Below, in pieces: positions 24,601-36,704 of a DNA stretch of 64,000 nucleotides. The stretch is from Blepharisma stoltei ATCC 30299 (taxonomy: Eukaryota; Protista; Ciliophora). The DNA is taken from contig CBFDEM010000016.1 in the NCBI GenBank assembly GCA_965603825.1, positions 434,001-498,000 on the forward strand, read 5' to 3'. Made by a program: the position numbers and the translations under genes. Each line of letters starts with the position of its first letter. Position 1 is the first letter of the stretch. Below the pieces are notes generated by a model that had not been told where the DNA came from, ran no database searches, and worked only from the letters and a program-made list of their open reading frames with translations.

Positions 24601-25218
24601 TGTATCAATCACTTCATTGTCTTTTAAAAAGGAACTTATATTATCCTTTGAGTCTATCGTGAAGTTTTTGCAAAGGTGTTTTATTGAAGCTTCTTTTTCT
24701 AGCAATAATCTTGCAGAGTCTACAAAGTCACAGTATAGCAAAAATCAAAATTCTACTTCGACAGAATTTTCTTGATAATATAAGCCTTCTTGAATTAATC
24801 TATTTACTAGTTCTGTATTTTTATCTGAAATAGCATTTATAAATAAATTAGGAGGAAGGCCGTATCCCCTTTCTAATAGGGATTTAGCAAACTCATAGTG
24901 TTCTAATTTTATAGCTTTTTCAACAAAATTCCCAGACTCAACGTAAATCTCATCAGGCTGGGAATGTCTTACCATCATGGCAAAATCTAAGGCAAGCTCC
25001 AATTCTCCGTTAGCGAGCGCTTTTTCTGCCCTAGCAATATTAGGATTTTGCCTGATTTTTTTGATTTTGTCCATTGTTGCTTGAGAAACAACTCCTTTGG
25101 TTATGAGGCCTTCAGCATATTGAGTGTAGTGTTTTCCTAAGGCTCTTATAACTTCGTTTTGATGAGAAAGTTTTGATTCTTCAGAATCTTTGTGCTCTGT
25201 AAACGTTTCAGTTTCCAT
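21649..25218 (-). CDS. TRP-like cation channel (1189 aa)
   Basis: Five same-frame ORFs joined by TGA=W at 24745, 23623, 23086, 22573; ankyrin-like DSSGRTVLSIAA, DNWRMLD, I-W-LRF, FGPILQM, LLNILIAMV. Confidence 0.85.
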
Positions 25219-25410
25219 TTTCTTTATAATTCTGCGTTATATTTGTATTAAGAAGAAAAATTTCTGAGTTTTTGAAATGATTTGGGTCAATTTATTTAGA
25301 AAATAAAGAATTTCATTATTTACTTGATTTATAATAATCTGAGCAGAATTAAGTTTAAATATATGAATTTGCATAAAATCAGCTAAAATTGAAATGAATT
25401 AGTTGCAAAA

Positions 25411-25415
25411 TGACT

Positions 25416-25446
<31 letters not shown>

Positions 25447-25490
25447 ATAGCGCCTTAAGCTACCGCCTTAGACCGCTCGGCCAAACAGTC
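25411..25490 (-). tRNA. tRNA-Leu(AAG)
   Basis: Acceptor GACTGTT/AGCAGTC, D arm GCCGAGCGGTCTAAGGC, anticodon loop TTAAGGC, long variable arm, GGTTCAAATCC; followed by TTTT. Confidence 0.95.
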
Positions 25491-25575
25491 ATGTCACTTT
25501 CTTCACAGTAGACTGTTAATAAATACCATAACACTCAATTCTTATTCGGTTTTCATATCCACTGATAACTAAAAA

Positions 25576-26334
25576 ATGAGCTTGCATAGCGGAACACCTA
25601 TACCCAGTAATAAACGTCTTTCAAGACTTTCAGAGCGTCTTGGAAGTCTCTCTTTCACCCCAGAACCTGAAAAAACAACACGAGTTGACGATCTCGAAAG
25701 AAGGTACCAATATATTGAAGATAACATGCTCGAAATTTTAGAAACCAATTCCCGTAAATTTCAAACAATAAAAGAGCAGTGCTCAAAGCTCCAAAAGCAG
25801 CTTGAAGATGAAATAGCTGTGCGTGATGTCCTATTCCAAGAACAGTCACAAAGCCTAGACTTAACACAAGAAGAGCTTGAATCCATGCTCCAAATTGAAA
25901 TTGAAGCGAGAAAAGAAACAGACCAAAAAATGCTGAGATATTTAGAAGAAAACGCTTCGAGACTAAGAAGCGAAATAATGAGTGAAACACGTACTAGAGT
26001 TGCTATTTTTGATGAAATAAAATCACAGGCACAAGATGAGATCCCTGTTTTAGAAGAATCGCTGAGAAATGAGAAATTGGCAAGAGAAAGTATTGAGCAA
26101 GGTATTGAAACGGAACTAGGAGAAGGAATAGAAAAAGCGGAGATTGAAATTAATAATGAGAAAAAGACGAGAGAAGAAACAGAAGAAGCTTTGTTAAGCA
26201 TGCTTAGAGATGTGGTAGCAAGGATGAGAAGTGAGTTGGAACTGGAAAGAAAAGAAAGAGAAGCCACAGAAGAAAATTTGTTAGCATTACTGGAAGAGAC
26301 CTGCTCAAAATTAAGCACAATAGCAAAAATTTAA
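25576..26334 (+). CDS. SF-assemblin/beta-giardin family coiled-coil protein
   Basis: Short Pro/Ser head then repeats E..ARE.TE; C-terminal ERKEREATEENLLALLEETC. Confidence 0.75.
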   Translation: MSLHSGTPIPSNKRLSRLSERLGSLSFTPEPEKTTRVDDLERRYQYIEDNMLEILETNSRKFQTIKEQCSKLQKQLEDEIAVRDVLFQEQSQSLDLTQEELESMLQIEIEARKETDQKMLRYLEENASRLRSEIMSETRTRVAIFDEIKSQAQDEIPVLEESLRNEKLARESIEQGIETELGEGIEKAEIEINNEKKTREETEEALLSMLRDVVARMRSELELERKEREATEENLLALLEETCSKLSTIAKI

Positions 26335-26989
26335 TTTAATTTTAATATATTTCTAAAATTCAAAAATCTTCTATGATAATGGCCAATTACATAATTTTAT
26401 ACTGGAATTGAATATAGTTTTGTATTGACCAGAAATTTTGCTTTTTTGGGATGGTAATTTTATGAAAATAATTAGATAGTGTTTATATTGGCGCTAAATT
26501 ATAATTACATCAATAGTTCGGCATAAACACTTTCAAAATATTTTAGCGGCCATAGAAAACACCACCACAACCATTAGAGAAAAATCTTAACAGACAGATT
26601 AATTTCTGATTAAAAATAGGAATCTATAGTAAAGAGAATTTATATGGAATTACAAGAATTCTTCGATTCTGGAATAAATTAGCGCTAATCCTGCGAAGAA
26701 AAGTTCCCTTACCAATCATAAAAATAGAATATTAAAAGCGCAAAAATATAATTATGCTTTAAATTTCTTCTAAATATGACGTAGTCGATACTGATCACCT
26801 TTGTTCATCTGATTAGTAAATCTTTCAAATAATTCAGAAGCTTCGCTCACCTAGAAATTATGTGTTATATCATTATGGTTTAAGCTCTCCCCTCCTCCAT
26901 AATTACTCAGACCTTGACGCCCTACAATCGTTAATATATGAGCCAAAATAGAATTAGCGTTAATTCACCAAAAATTCTTGGTGAATAAA

Positions 26990-27880
26990 ATGAATATGAA
27001 GTTCTCTATTCTGATCTGCCTCTTGGGCGTATCAACTGCATGGTGGTGTAATGGCCATATGGTTACCGCAATGATAGCACAACTTGACCTTCAGGCCAAC
27101 TATCCAGAAGTTTTCGAACAGGCAAACCAGATTCTGGCACCTCTCAATGGTGTCTTAACTCATGGACTTAGCAACTCATTCGTCGAGACAGCTTGCTGGG
27201 CCGACGATTTGAAAACATATAAGTTCGAAATTAGCAATGATTGGCATTATATTGACAAACCGTACAATGTTGATGGCTTACTTAATGCTACTGCCCCAAC
27301 CACAAATAATATCATATGGGCCATTAGTCAAGCTATGAGCACTTTAAGGCAAGTTAATTCAACTTCTTCTCCATTGGAGGCATCAATGCAGCTTAGATAC
27401 CTTATTCACTGGCTAGGAGATTTACATCAGCCATTGCATGCAACTCAAAGGTTTACAGTGACCCAACAAAGTGGTGATGCAGGTGGGAATTTCTTCAAAA
27501 TTTACTATTCAGAAAATCCTCAAGTAAACAACTTGCATAAGCTATGGGACTGGGCCTTAGGCACCATTGGAGATGACTGCCCAAGACCTTTGTCCAGCAG
27601 TTGTTGGACTGAAATTACTGGATATGCAAAGGCTATTATGGATGATTATCCAAGAGATAAACTTGCAAGCTATTTGATGTATACTTCAACGAGTGACTGG
27701 TCTTTACAGAGCTTCCGTTCTGCAGTGGATTATGTTTATAGCGATATTGAGCAAGGAAAGTCTCCAACAACCGCATATGTTCTGAGAGGAAAGCCTATTG
27801 CTCAAAGACAGTTGGCACTTGGAGGATATAGATTGGCAGATCTCCTGAAAAGTCTTTATGCTAATCCAAATAATTCTTAA
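26990..27880 (+). CDS. Secreted S1/P1 nuclease (3'-nucleotidase/nuclease)
   Basis: Signal peptide then WWCNGH, WADD, WHYID, HWLGDLHQPLH, DAGGN, NLHKLWD; start at ATG 26990 or 26996. Confidence 0.93.
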   Translation: MNMKFSILICLLGVSTAWWCNGHMVTAMIAQLDLQANYPEVFEQANQILAPLNGVLTHGLSNSFVETACWADDLKTYKFEISNDWHYIDKPYNVDGLLNATAPTTNNIIWAISQAMSTLRQVNSTSSPLEASMQLRYLIHWLGDLHQPLHATQRFTVTQQSGDAGGNFFKIYYSENPQVNNLHKLWDWALGTIGDDCPRPLSSSCWTEITGYAKAIMDDYPRDKLASYLMYTSTSDWSLQSFRSAVDYVYSDIEQGKSPTTAYVLRGKPIAQRQLALGGYRLADLLKSLYANPNNS

Positions 27881-28216
27881 GTAAATATGAAATACATGAA
27901 TTCACTTCAAGGCACAAACATTTTCAAAGCCCCGAAATCAGATTTGAAACATTCTCATGAATTCACATTTTGATTAAAATATACTGTAAAGACTAATTTT
28001 TGCACTTATTTTAATGTGTTTATTTTTATGAAAACTAAAAAATGTGGAAATATCATGTTTATCTACTGAAAAAGAAATATTATTATAAAATAATCGGCAT
28101 AGTCAATGTTTCTCATTAAATGTCAACACTTCTTAATTTTTTTAGGTTATAATAAATTAATTGATGGTTTTGTCGAATATATTTTTCCATAAAATATTTT
28201 TTAAAATCATGATAAT

Positions 28217-29806
28217 ATGCATATGAAATCAAATTATCATACCCTCAGAAGAAAAAATTTTAAATTCAAAGACCGAAATCTTTCCTTTGACAGTAAAAGC
28301 TCAGTATTTGAAAGTTTCCAAGAAAGCTCTGATCAATCTAATGCCCTAAAATCATATTATTACGACCAAGAAGGGAAGATAAGCTTCAATCCTCTTCCTT
28401 ATAGGCTCACAACAACTCATCCAGATGAGCCTCTTAAATACAGAAATCCAGGCTCAAAACCAGTTGTGAAATTAGTCAGACCTCCTGCTTCTTTTTTTAA
28501 TACCCAAACTAACTTCGACAATTCATTTTCTAAAGACGTTCAATTATTGGACAAATCAATATGATCAAAAGAAATATTCGTTATGAAAGATGGAACAAAA
28601 GTAATTGAAGGGGAGCAATTACCGGGATTCACATATAAATTCAAAAATGATATAAAAAATAAGTTTCAAAAGCAGATTGATTTGAGTTTATTTTTCAACA
28701 AATGCAACCAGGAAATTAAATGCAAAAATAAGCTGAAATTTCTTTTTACAACGCATGGGAAATTATTAAGATCGTTGGATGAAATTCCCAGAGACTCTAA
28801 GGTGGTATTGGTTAGTGATAAAACTGAATTTTTAGGACTAATTGAAACGCAATCAAGTTCTATTAAAAAATCATTTGAAAGTATAAAACTTAAGACGACT
28901 CCGACTTATAGATCAATCAAAAGACTAGGTCTTTGAGAAACAGAATTTTCTGATATGGAAAAGTCAGTTGTGGATCTCGTAGAAAGTAGATTTGCCAGTG
29001 TTGATAAAGGATATTCTTCATGCCATAGAAAAAAAGGAACCATTAATTTTGATACCTCCTCTGAAGATAAAAAAGATGCTATTAATTCTTTACGTAAAAG
29101 ATCATGAAAGACTATGCTGAAACCGATCAAAAGCCAAAAAAAGCCAAAGGCTAAGCTTCCTCGGCATGAAATTTTAAATGAGCTGAAAGTAAAAATGGGA
29201 GAGGCTGTATTAAAAATTGATAAAGAATTTCCCAAACTTTCTTCGGAAATTTCAGAACTGACTAAAAAATTTAGCTTTTCTGAAGGATATTTACACAAAT
29301 TATATGCTCAATATAAAACTCTTATATTACTTTCAATTTCAGACGAAGATAACTTCGATATCAAAAAGGGTCTAAAACGGTCTATATTTGTTGATAATTA
29401 TAAAAAAGGATCAGAGCAAGGAGGGTTATTATTAGGCAGGATTTTCGATTCAATAGATACTGATGGAGATGGATTCATTAGTTGAGAAGAATTTATTAAG
29501 GCAATGAGCGTTATTTCATATGGGACACATGAACAACAAATTGATTTGTTTTTTCAAATTTATGACGAAGATCATAGTGGAGGACTGTCGTATGAAGAAA
29601 TTATTCGGCTGTGCAAGCTTCAAATGCATTTCGCTATACAAGACGAAATTATTGACTATCTTGCTGAAAATTTTGCAAAGAACTTATTTGAAGTCGCTGG
29701 GGTTCCGAGAAATGAGCATATTACCCCAAAAGAACTCAAAGAAATTTTATATAATCAGAAAGATAGAAATCTTGTTGAAATGTTTTGCTCTTTTAATTTA
29801 ATATAA
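28217..29806 (+). CDS. EF-hand protein with doublecortin-like segment (529 aa)
   Basis: Four ORFs joined by TGA=W at 28562, 28934, 29105, 29483; EF hands DTDGDGFIS-W-EEF and DEDHSGGLSYEE; LFTTHGKLLRSLDEI is DCX-like. Confidence 0.8.
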
Positions 29807-30019
29807 GACTTATTGAAACTCATCTTATTAAAATTGCTTTATTATATTTTGTGCTTTAAGAAAATGCAAGCCATATGTATTTAAATAAGAATTTATTATT
29901 CAGCTATTAAACTTTATGATTTTTTCTACAGAGAGATAGCCAAAATAAATTTTATCAGGCATGACATGTATATTTTAAATCTATTTGCAATGCAATTAAT
30001 AGCATTAAATTAAAAATAA

Positions 30020-32188
30020 ATGAATGAAGAGATGTATTGGGAAAAATTAATAAATGTGAACGAGGACTTGAGATATGAAATTGGCGAACTAAATAATAAA
30101 CTAATAGAAGAATCAGTCAAAAGTGAAAGCCTTGCTATCGAAATCTCAATGCTAAGAAGCCAGCTTGAGTATCAAATGAAATTTAAGCCAAACAGCACAG
30201 AAATCGAGGATCTCAAAAGAAAAAATGATTTGTTGCAGGCACAATTGAAAAGTATAGAAAATGATCATTTAGAATGCGCGCGGTTTTTAGAAGAAAATTG
30301 TATATTGAAAGAAGAAATATTGAAACTAAAAGAAGAGATACAAAAAAAAAATTGTTTGTTAAATGATCAAATTTATGATAATAAGAAGATAAAGCTATTG
30401 GAAGATACTGCTCATTTAATAAACCAAAAATTATTAGCACTTGAACTTATTGATAACTGCGAAATGAAAGAAAAAGTATTCAGTGATCTAGCTATGAATT
30501 CTAATAAATTAATTCAAACGGTAAAAAACAAAAACAAAGAAATTAGAGAAAAAAATATAAAAATCGAAGAGCTATCAATTGAAAGAGATCTTCTCTTTAA
30601 TGAAAATTCGAGTTTAAACAGTTCTCTGTCAAGAAGAAGTACTCCTTTGCGAGAAAATAGATCTAGGATTGATAGACTTGAAAAGCAATGTGAAGAAAAG
30701 GATGAAAAAAGGGTACTTATAGAAAATTTGTATCAGAAAACGTTAAAAAAATTAGAGCAGATTGAGTACGAGCTCGAAAATACAAACAAGATTAACCACG
30801 ATCTTCAAGATAAACTACGGGTTTTAAATAATCTTTGCAGCAAACAACAAGAGACTTTATCAATTTCTGAATGTAATGAAGAAAAATTATTAAGAAAATT
30901 AGAAAAATATAAATCATTGCTAATTAGCAAAGAAAAACAATTTTCTGAGCTTTGTTTAGAAAAAATAAATCTGGAAAATAAAGAAAAAATTGGCATAAAA
31001 GCTCAAGAAGACATAGAGAAGCTAAAAAACCAAATAATTGAATTGAAAAACAGCCACTTAAAAAATCTAAAAATTAAAGAGGATATAATTTTAGAATTGG
31101 CAAAAGCAAACAAGGCAAGTCTAAATGAAATTCAAGTTTTAAAAGCCAAGGCCAGTAATTATAAGCAAGATATTGAGCTAAAAGATAAAAAAATATCTCA
31201 AATAGAATATGATTATAATATTTCATTAGAGAATTCGAAAAGCCACAACGAAAATTTTAAAATATTGGAAGAGAAATTAAGGCAAGAAATAAAAGAGAAA
31301 AATGAAATGTCTATTGAAATGCAAAAACTTAATACACAGCTTGATGAAAGTATCAAAAAATATAATGAAAATTTAAGCATTAATGAAGATATGAAATTAC
31401 TCAATATTCAACTAGATAAAAGAGTCTCTGAAGCCACTGAGAAATATCATAAAGTCAATCAAGAATTAAGTAAATATTTTGAAAAATATAATAACAGTTT
31501 AGAGACTATTAAGTCAATGAAAAATCAAAAATCAAAGCTAAATGAAGAGCTATCTGAACTTAGAAAAGAAATAATAAGTCTCAAAAATCAATTAGAAATA
31601 TCTGAATCAATAAAGAATAATTTAGAAAAAAAATATGAACTTTATAAGCAATCATCACTTAAAGTCATTGAAGGTCAAAAACAAAATATCACTAATTTGG
31701 AGACTGAAATAAATAATTTAAGACAAAATATCAATGAAATAAAAGAAGAATCCATTAAAAAAATAGATAAATTGCAAGATATAATAAATGACCAACAACA
31801 TGTAATTTTAAAATAGAAAAATATAGAAGCAATCCTTGCAAAAAAAAGGGAAAAAATATTAAAGCTTAAAGAAAAAATAATTGAGGTAAATAACTCAAAT
31901 AAAGAATTGTTTGCAAGTGTACAACAACTTAAAGATTTTTTGCAAAATCAAATTGTTTTTGAAGATTCAGTAGAAGAAGATGAAGAAGGTGGTAAAAAAG
32001 AAATTGAGAGAGAATTTATGTTATTAAAAGAAAAATATTCAAGTTTGGCTAAAGATTATGATGATTTATACAAAAAACTTGAAGCTTTAACAGAGGAAAA
32101 TAAAAATTTAAAGGAAGTAATTAATGAAAAAGAGCGAAAGCTGAATGAATGAAATTTTGTAATGAAATCAATGAACAAAAGATTTTAA
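30020..32188 (+). CDS. Long coiled-coil protein (about 717 aa, one 15-nt intron)
   Basis: Intron 31802-31816 removes TAG; TGA=W at 32150; TAA at 32186-32188. 3' end uncertain. Confidence 0.65.
31802..31816 (+). other. 15-nt spliceosomal intron GTAATTTTAAAATAG
   Basis: Removes in-frame TAG; coiled-coil reading continues; A at -6. Confidence 0.85.
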
Positions 32189-32852
32189 AGCGAACTGGTA
32201 TGAAAGAATGTAAAGAAAATGAACTAGATAAAATGTTTGGATTTTTATGCTGTAATTTAATATTTAATTTGGCCTTGACCATAATAATTATATATAAAAA
32301 ATGGCATAGTTTGCTTCTACAATTAGTACATTAGAGTATTATCTCGGCTCTTCAAGTGATAAAGACGTTGGTCTTAAAATCTCAAGGTATTTAAGTATAA
32401 CCTTTAAATTAAATATTTAATCTATTGCATAAGCATTTTCGATATAGTATATAAATTATATAAAAATTGGTAACAAAATCTGAATCAATTTATATCTGGT
32501 TTTAAAATGGCAAAAGCCTGCAATTCTAGTTTTAACATTTGATGAAAGCTTAATACATTTAAATTAGTGTTGACTATTAATGTGCAAAGAGAAATAATTT
32601 TATATAGGCATATTTTGGTTATTTTGAAATGCATAAAATTAATTATACTCTGTACTTATAATCTAGCCTTCTTAATTGAATTATTAGAAAATACCCCCAT
32701 ATTTTATATTAGAATAAATACTTGTATAATTACCTAAATAAATTTTCTTGTATCTAATTCAAAATTTTTTTAACAATTAGGTAGTTCTCTTATCAAATAC
32801 CTTCTTTTCTGATATAAAAGCATTTACATATTATAAAATTTTAACAATCAGA

Positions 32853-33302
32853 ATGCAGGAGTTTCGCATCGGGATTACCTACAATTCTTGGCTTAGTCCA
32901 AATTGCCAAAATACATCTATTCAGATACCAACTGATATAATAGAAAGCTCTAAAGAAGTAGATTTTACGATTAAGTATAAAACCGAAATTTGCAGGAATT
33001 GGGAGAATGGCATATGCGAGTTTGGGGATCAATGTGCATTTGCTCATGGAATCCATGAATTACGAGAGAAGACAGCCCTCCCAAATAACTACAGGACTAA
33101 AAGGTGTAAACAGTTTTATGAATTAGGCTATTGTCTTTATGGGACAAGGTGCCAGTTCAAGCATCGAGAATTTTCTCCATCATCTGTAAAAATAAATTCA
33201 AGTGAGTCCAAATTTCTTTTAGGAAAAGGGTGTGATGATAACACTAAAAGAAGGCTCAGAATTTTTGAAGAGCTTGAATGTAAAGGTCAGGCGCAAAAAT
33301 AA
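32853..33302 (+). CDS. Tandem CCCH zinc-finger RNA-binding protein (TTP/ZFP36 family)
   Basis: KYKTEIC...CAFAHG and NYRTKRC...CQFKH, C-terminal RRLRIF. Confidence 0.92.
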   Translation: MQEFRIGITYNSWLSPNCQNTSIQIPTDIIESSKEVDFTIKYKTEICRNWENGICEFGDQCAFAHGIHELREKTALPNNYRTKRCKQFYELGYCLYGTRCQFKHREFSPSSVKINSSESKFLLGKGCDDNTKRRLRIFEELECKGQAQK

Positions 33303-33801
33303 GAATTTTCATCATTTTATTTAATTCAAATTTTAATTAAATTTGACCATTTTATTTAACATTAAACTTCAATAAAAGTTTAGCATATGCATTGATATTA
33401 TCAAATGATAAGATAAAGTGAAAATGTTAGGCTTAGCATATAGAATTAAATTATTTGCACCCTATGTTTTAATATATATATGAAATAATCCTTTAGATAT
33501 TCTTAATAGCACTATAGAAGCTACGATATGCGTGATTTCATAATTTTGCTATCACACTTAATCTTTATATTAAGCTTCGTATTTTTAAGTAAAATTTGCG
33601 AATTAATTCGTGTTATTGTTTATCAAGTATTTTATCACTTTTATAAAAGTTGGCACTCTAATAGTCTTATATGCTTTTCATTATTATCAATTCTTTTAAC
33701 AGATGATATTAAAAATCATTTATGCTTATAAGTTTAAAAATTATATAAAATCTTATATCCAAAATATAAATCTATTATATTTAAATAATTGCTGATAAAT
33801 A

Positions 33802-34533
33802 ATGTATCAACAAATACTGAGATATATATCAAATCTTTACTCCAATCTCAAACAGAAAATCAATCAGGAAAACTTATCAACTCCAACCCGCAAAAGGCTT
33901 TTTTATTCAAGAATCATCATAATGTTTGTTCTTATGATAATTGTAATAACGAATACTTTTACTGCCACAGCTGTTCAGACTCGTCGTATCTCTTGCCTTT
34001 GGGATTTTTTATTAGAAGCAACTAGCTTGATCAATCAGTATTTTTTTAAACATGAAATTGCTAGGAATATTTTGTTGATCATAACTTCTGCTGCAATGGA
34101 TATTCTTGTCTTATATCATGCAATAAGCTTTATGCTCTGAGGCAACTCTTTAAAACCTGTTATTTGGCTAATTTTATATATTGGGCTATGATTTTTATTT
34201 CAGTGGATTTTCCTTATGAGGTTTCCCAGCGGCTTTACATGGGGATATCCTGGATTTCCATCATTAACTATTTCATATATAAAATCAGCTGATTTTTATT
34301 TTTCAGCTAGAATGGGTGCATTAGTCTATTTTGGTATTTTAAGTCATGAGAAAAAGAATAAATATCTAACTTGGGCAGCAATTATTAACATTATTCTAAG
34401 TTTTTGGATGATGATTTTTTTCAGAGCTCATTATTCAATAGATTTGATTTTTGGAGGAATTTTTGGGCATTATTGTATAATCATAAGTGAAAAGATTTCG
34501 CCTTGGATTGACAAGAAAACCAAACTGCAGTAG
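33802..34533 (+). CDS. PDCT/sphingomyelin-synthase-like PAP2 membrane protein (243 aa)
   Basis: TGA=W at 34138 and 34189; PSGFTWGYPGFPSL, DFYFSAR, RAHYSIDL. Confidence 0.75.
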
Positions 34534-34797
34534 CTAGAGAAATGTAAATTTATTTATCTTTAATTATTTTGATAAAATTATGACAATAATGGTATCGTTC
34601 TACTAATTTCAGACATAATTTTAATGGATTTAGTAATTTTCTTCAACAATCTAAATCAGTTATCAACATTAAGATTTAATGATTTCAAAATTAAAATCAT
34701 AAAATAATTCATTCTGAATCCTAAAATCATAAATAATCTAAAAAGCTATTAACAATGAAAATATTTAAGTTTACCTTTATTTCATTATTGATAAATC

Positions 34798-35640
34798 TTA
34801 ATTTCCCTCTGATTCCTGCTCTGATTCATTCGATCCTTGAGACATATCCTCAGTTTTTTCTGGCAAAATATTACTTACTTTTCCTTTTTCTCTCCATCTT
34901 TTGCAAGTCGTTTCTTTAGCTTTTATCACAAGATGCTTTACAATTAAAGGCTTTAGTTTCAAGCCTGTCTGTTCTAAAAATTCGCAAGGCGTTTGAGGCT
35001 GGATTACAAGAAAAACCCAGCCATTTCGAAAATGAGATGTAACTTCATTTAGTTGGATTTTAAAGGAAGCTGTGTGCTTCCTTTCAGATTCATCATAAGT
35101 CAGCCAACTGGTACTGTGCCCTTTTATCATTCCTCCACCGGACATGTTGTGGTTAATCAGTTTTGGGGGATTTTCTGCTGTATATAAAGCTACTCCAAGC
35201 TGAATTCTTTCTTCTAGAGGAATTTTGCTTTCTCCAAACGGCTCAAGTAATACTTTAATAGAGAAATATTTTCCTTTACAAACCGGATTAGGTACTGACC
35301 CTGATAGCTCGAGGGAAAAATCGAATTTTGCATCTTCACCTGCCAGGAGGTCTAAGAGATTCTGCTTTGAAGGAACTGTGCCACTTTGAGGATCTGCAGG
35401 AAGGCCAGGAACTTGTAGATTTTCTATCTCTCTTCTTATATCTGCTAGTTTATTATGCAATTTTTCGTTCTGTTCAGCTATCTGCTGCATCAGTTTTCCT
35501 TGAATCATAATAGCATTCATAATTTTTTGTCCTTGAAATATATTTGGACTGCCATTTGGCTGTGAGGGGTTTGGTACACCAGGAAATTGGCATCCCATCG
35601 AATTTGGGAAGAACGGGGGTCCATTGAATGGATTTGCCAT
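34798..35640 (-). CDS. Unknown protein: Pro-rich head, coiled coil, beta-rich domain (possible CudA/STAT-like DNA-binding fold)
   Basis: ATG at 35640; FKIQLNEVTSHFRNGWVFLVIQP...LKPLIVKHLVIKAK. Confidence 0.6.
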   Translation of the reverse strand: MANPFNGPPFFPNSMGCQFPGVPNPSQPNGSPNIFQGQKIMNAIMIQGKLMQQIAEQNEKLHNKLADIRREIENLQVPGLPADPQSGTVPSKQNLLDLLAGEDAKFDFSLELSGSVPNPVCKGKYFSIKVLLEPFGESKIPLEERIQLGVALYTAENPPKLINHNMSGGGMIKGHSTSWLTYDESERKHTASFKIQLNEVTSHFRNGWVFLVIQPQTPCEFLEQTGLKLKPLIVKHLVIKAKETTCKRWREKGKVSNILPEKTEDMSQGSNESEQESEGN

Positions 35641-35777
35641 TTGTTTTTTTACCAATTATAATCAGTATCAAAATTTTATAAATTAATTTTTATCAATTAG
35701 GAAAGTTCAAATTAATAATGCTCCACAAATTTTCCTAATGTCAGAAATAATTTTTCAAAAGAGTTTGTAAAAGAAAT

Positions 35778-36704
35778 ATGGAAGAGAACGACCCAAATAA
35801 AAAGGTTCTCCTAATGGGTAAAAGTGGTGCAGGAAAAACTTCAATGAGGAGTATTATTTTTGCAAACTTTATGCCTAAGGATACCATGAGACTTGGTTTC
35901 ACAAACTCTATCAATCAATCCAACATCAGATTTTTAGGAACTCTTTCGCTAGCGCTTTGGGATTGTGGTGGACAAGATCATTTTATGCAGCATTATTTCG
36001 AATCTCAAAGAGACACCCTATTCAGAAACGTACAGGTGCTTATTTACGTCTTTGACGTGCATTCAGAAGATCAAAGGGACATGAACTATTATCGAAGCTG
36101 TGTTGACGCAATCCAAGACCACTCCCCCACTGCACACATCTTTGTGTTGATTCACAAGATGGATTTAATCCCTGTGGAAAAACGAGACGAAGCTTTTAAT
36201 AAAAAAGAAAGAGAAGTTGTCAAAAACAGTGCAGGGCTCAATGTGATTTGCTTTAAAACTTCAATTTGGGATGAAACTTTGTATTTAGCATGGTCAAGAA
36301 TTGTGCATTACTTGATACCAAATTCAGATGTACTGACTCAGAGCTTGAACCGCTTTTGTTCTGCATGTGAAGCTGATGAGGTCGTCCTTTTTGAAAAATC
36401 AACATTTTTAGTTATCTCAAATTTTTCATCAAAGCAGCATAAAGATGTGCATAGGTTTGAGAAAATTTCGAATATTGTGAAGCAGTTTAAATTAAGCTGC
36501 AGCAAAGCTGCAGCAAGGTTCAAGTCGATGACTGTGATGAACACTAATTTCTGTGCATTTGTTGATGAATTTACCTCGAGCACATATATTATGCTTATAA
36601 GTTCAGATTCAACGATTTTGCCTGCGCTAACGCAAATGAACATTGATTTAGCGAAAAAGCATTTTGAAGGTGTTGTGAGGGCATCTACTGCGGTAGCACA
36701 ATAA
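35778..36704 (+). CDS. RRAGA: Rag GTPase RagA/Gtr1
   Basis: [60 protein letters not shown]. Confidence 0.96.
   Translation: MEENDPNKKVLLMGKSGAGKTSMRSIIFANFMPKDTMRLGFTNSINQSNIRFLGTLSLALWDCGGQDHFMQHYFESQRDTLFRNVQVLIYVFDVHSEDQRDMNYYRSCVDAIQDHSPTAHIFVLIHKMDLIPVEKRDEAFNKKEREVVKNSAGLNVICFKTSIWDETLYLAWSRIVHYLIPNSDVLTQSLNRFCSACEADEVVLFEKSTFLVISNFSSKQHKDVHRFEKISNIVKQFKLSCSKAAARFKSMTVMNTNFCAFVDEFTSSTYIMLISSDSTILPALTQMNIDLAKKHFEGVVRASTAVAQ

Noticed and set aside
25411-25490. tRNA as a UGA-decoding or suppressor tRNA
   Set aside because: Anticodon is AAG with a Leu-type long variable arm.
32117-32132. GTAATTAATGAAAAAG as a 16-nt intron
   Set aside because: Removal leads to a stop within a few codons and does not reach the hydrophobic-tail frame.
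33528-33731. 67-aa hydrophobic ORF (also 44713..44910)
   Set aside because: Ile/Leu/Phe-rich product of AT-rich spacer DNA with no motif.
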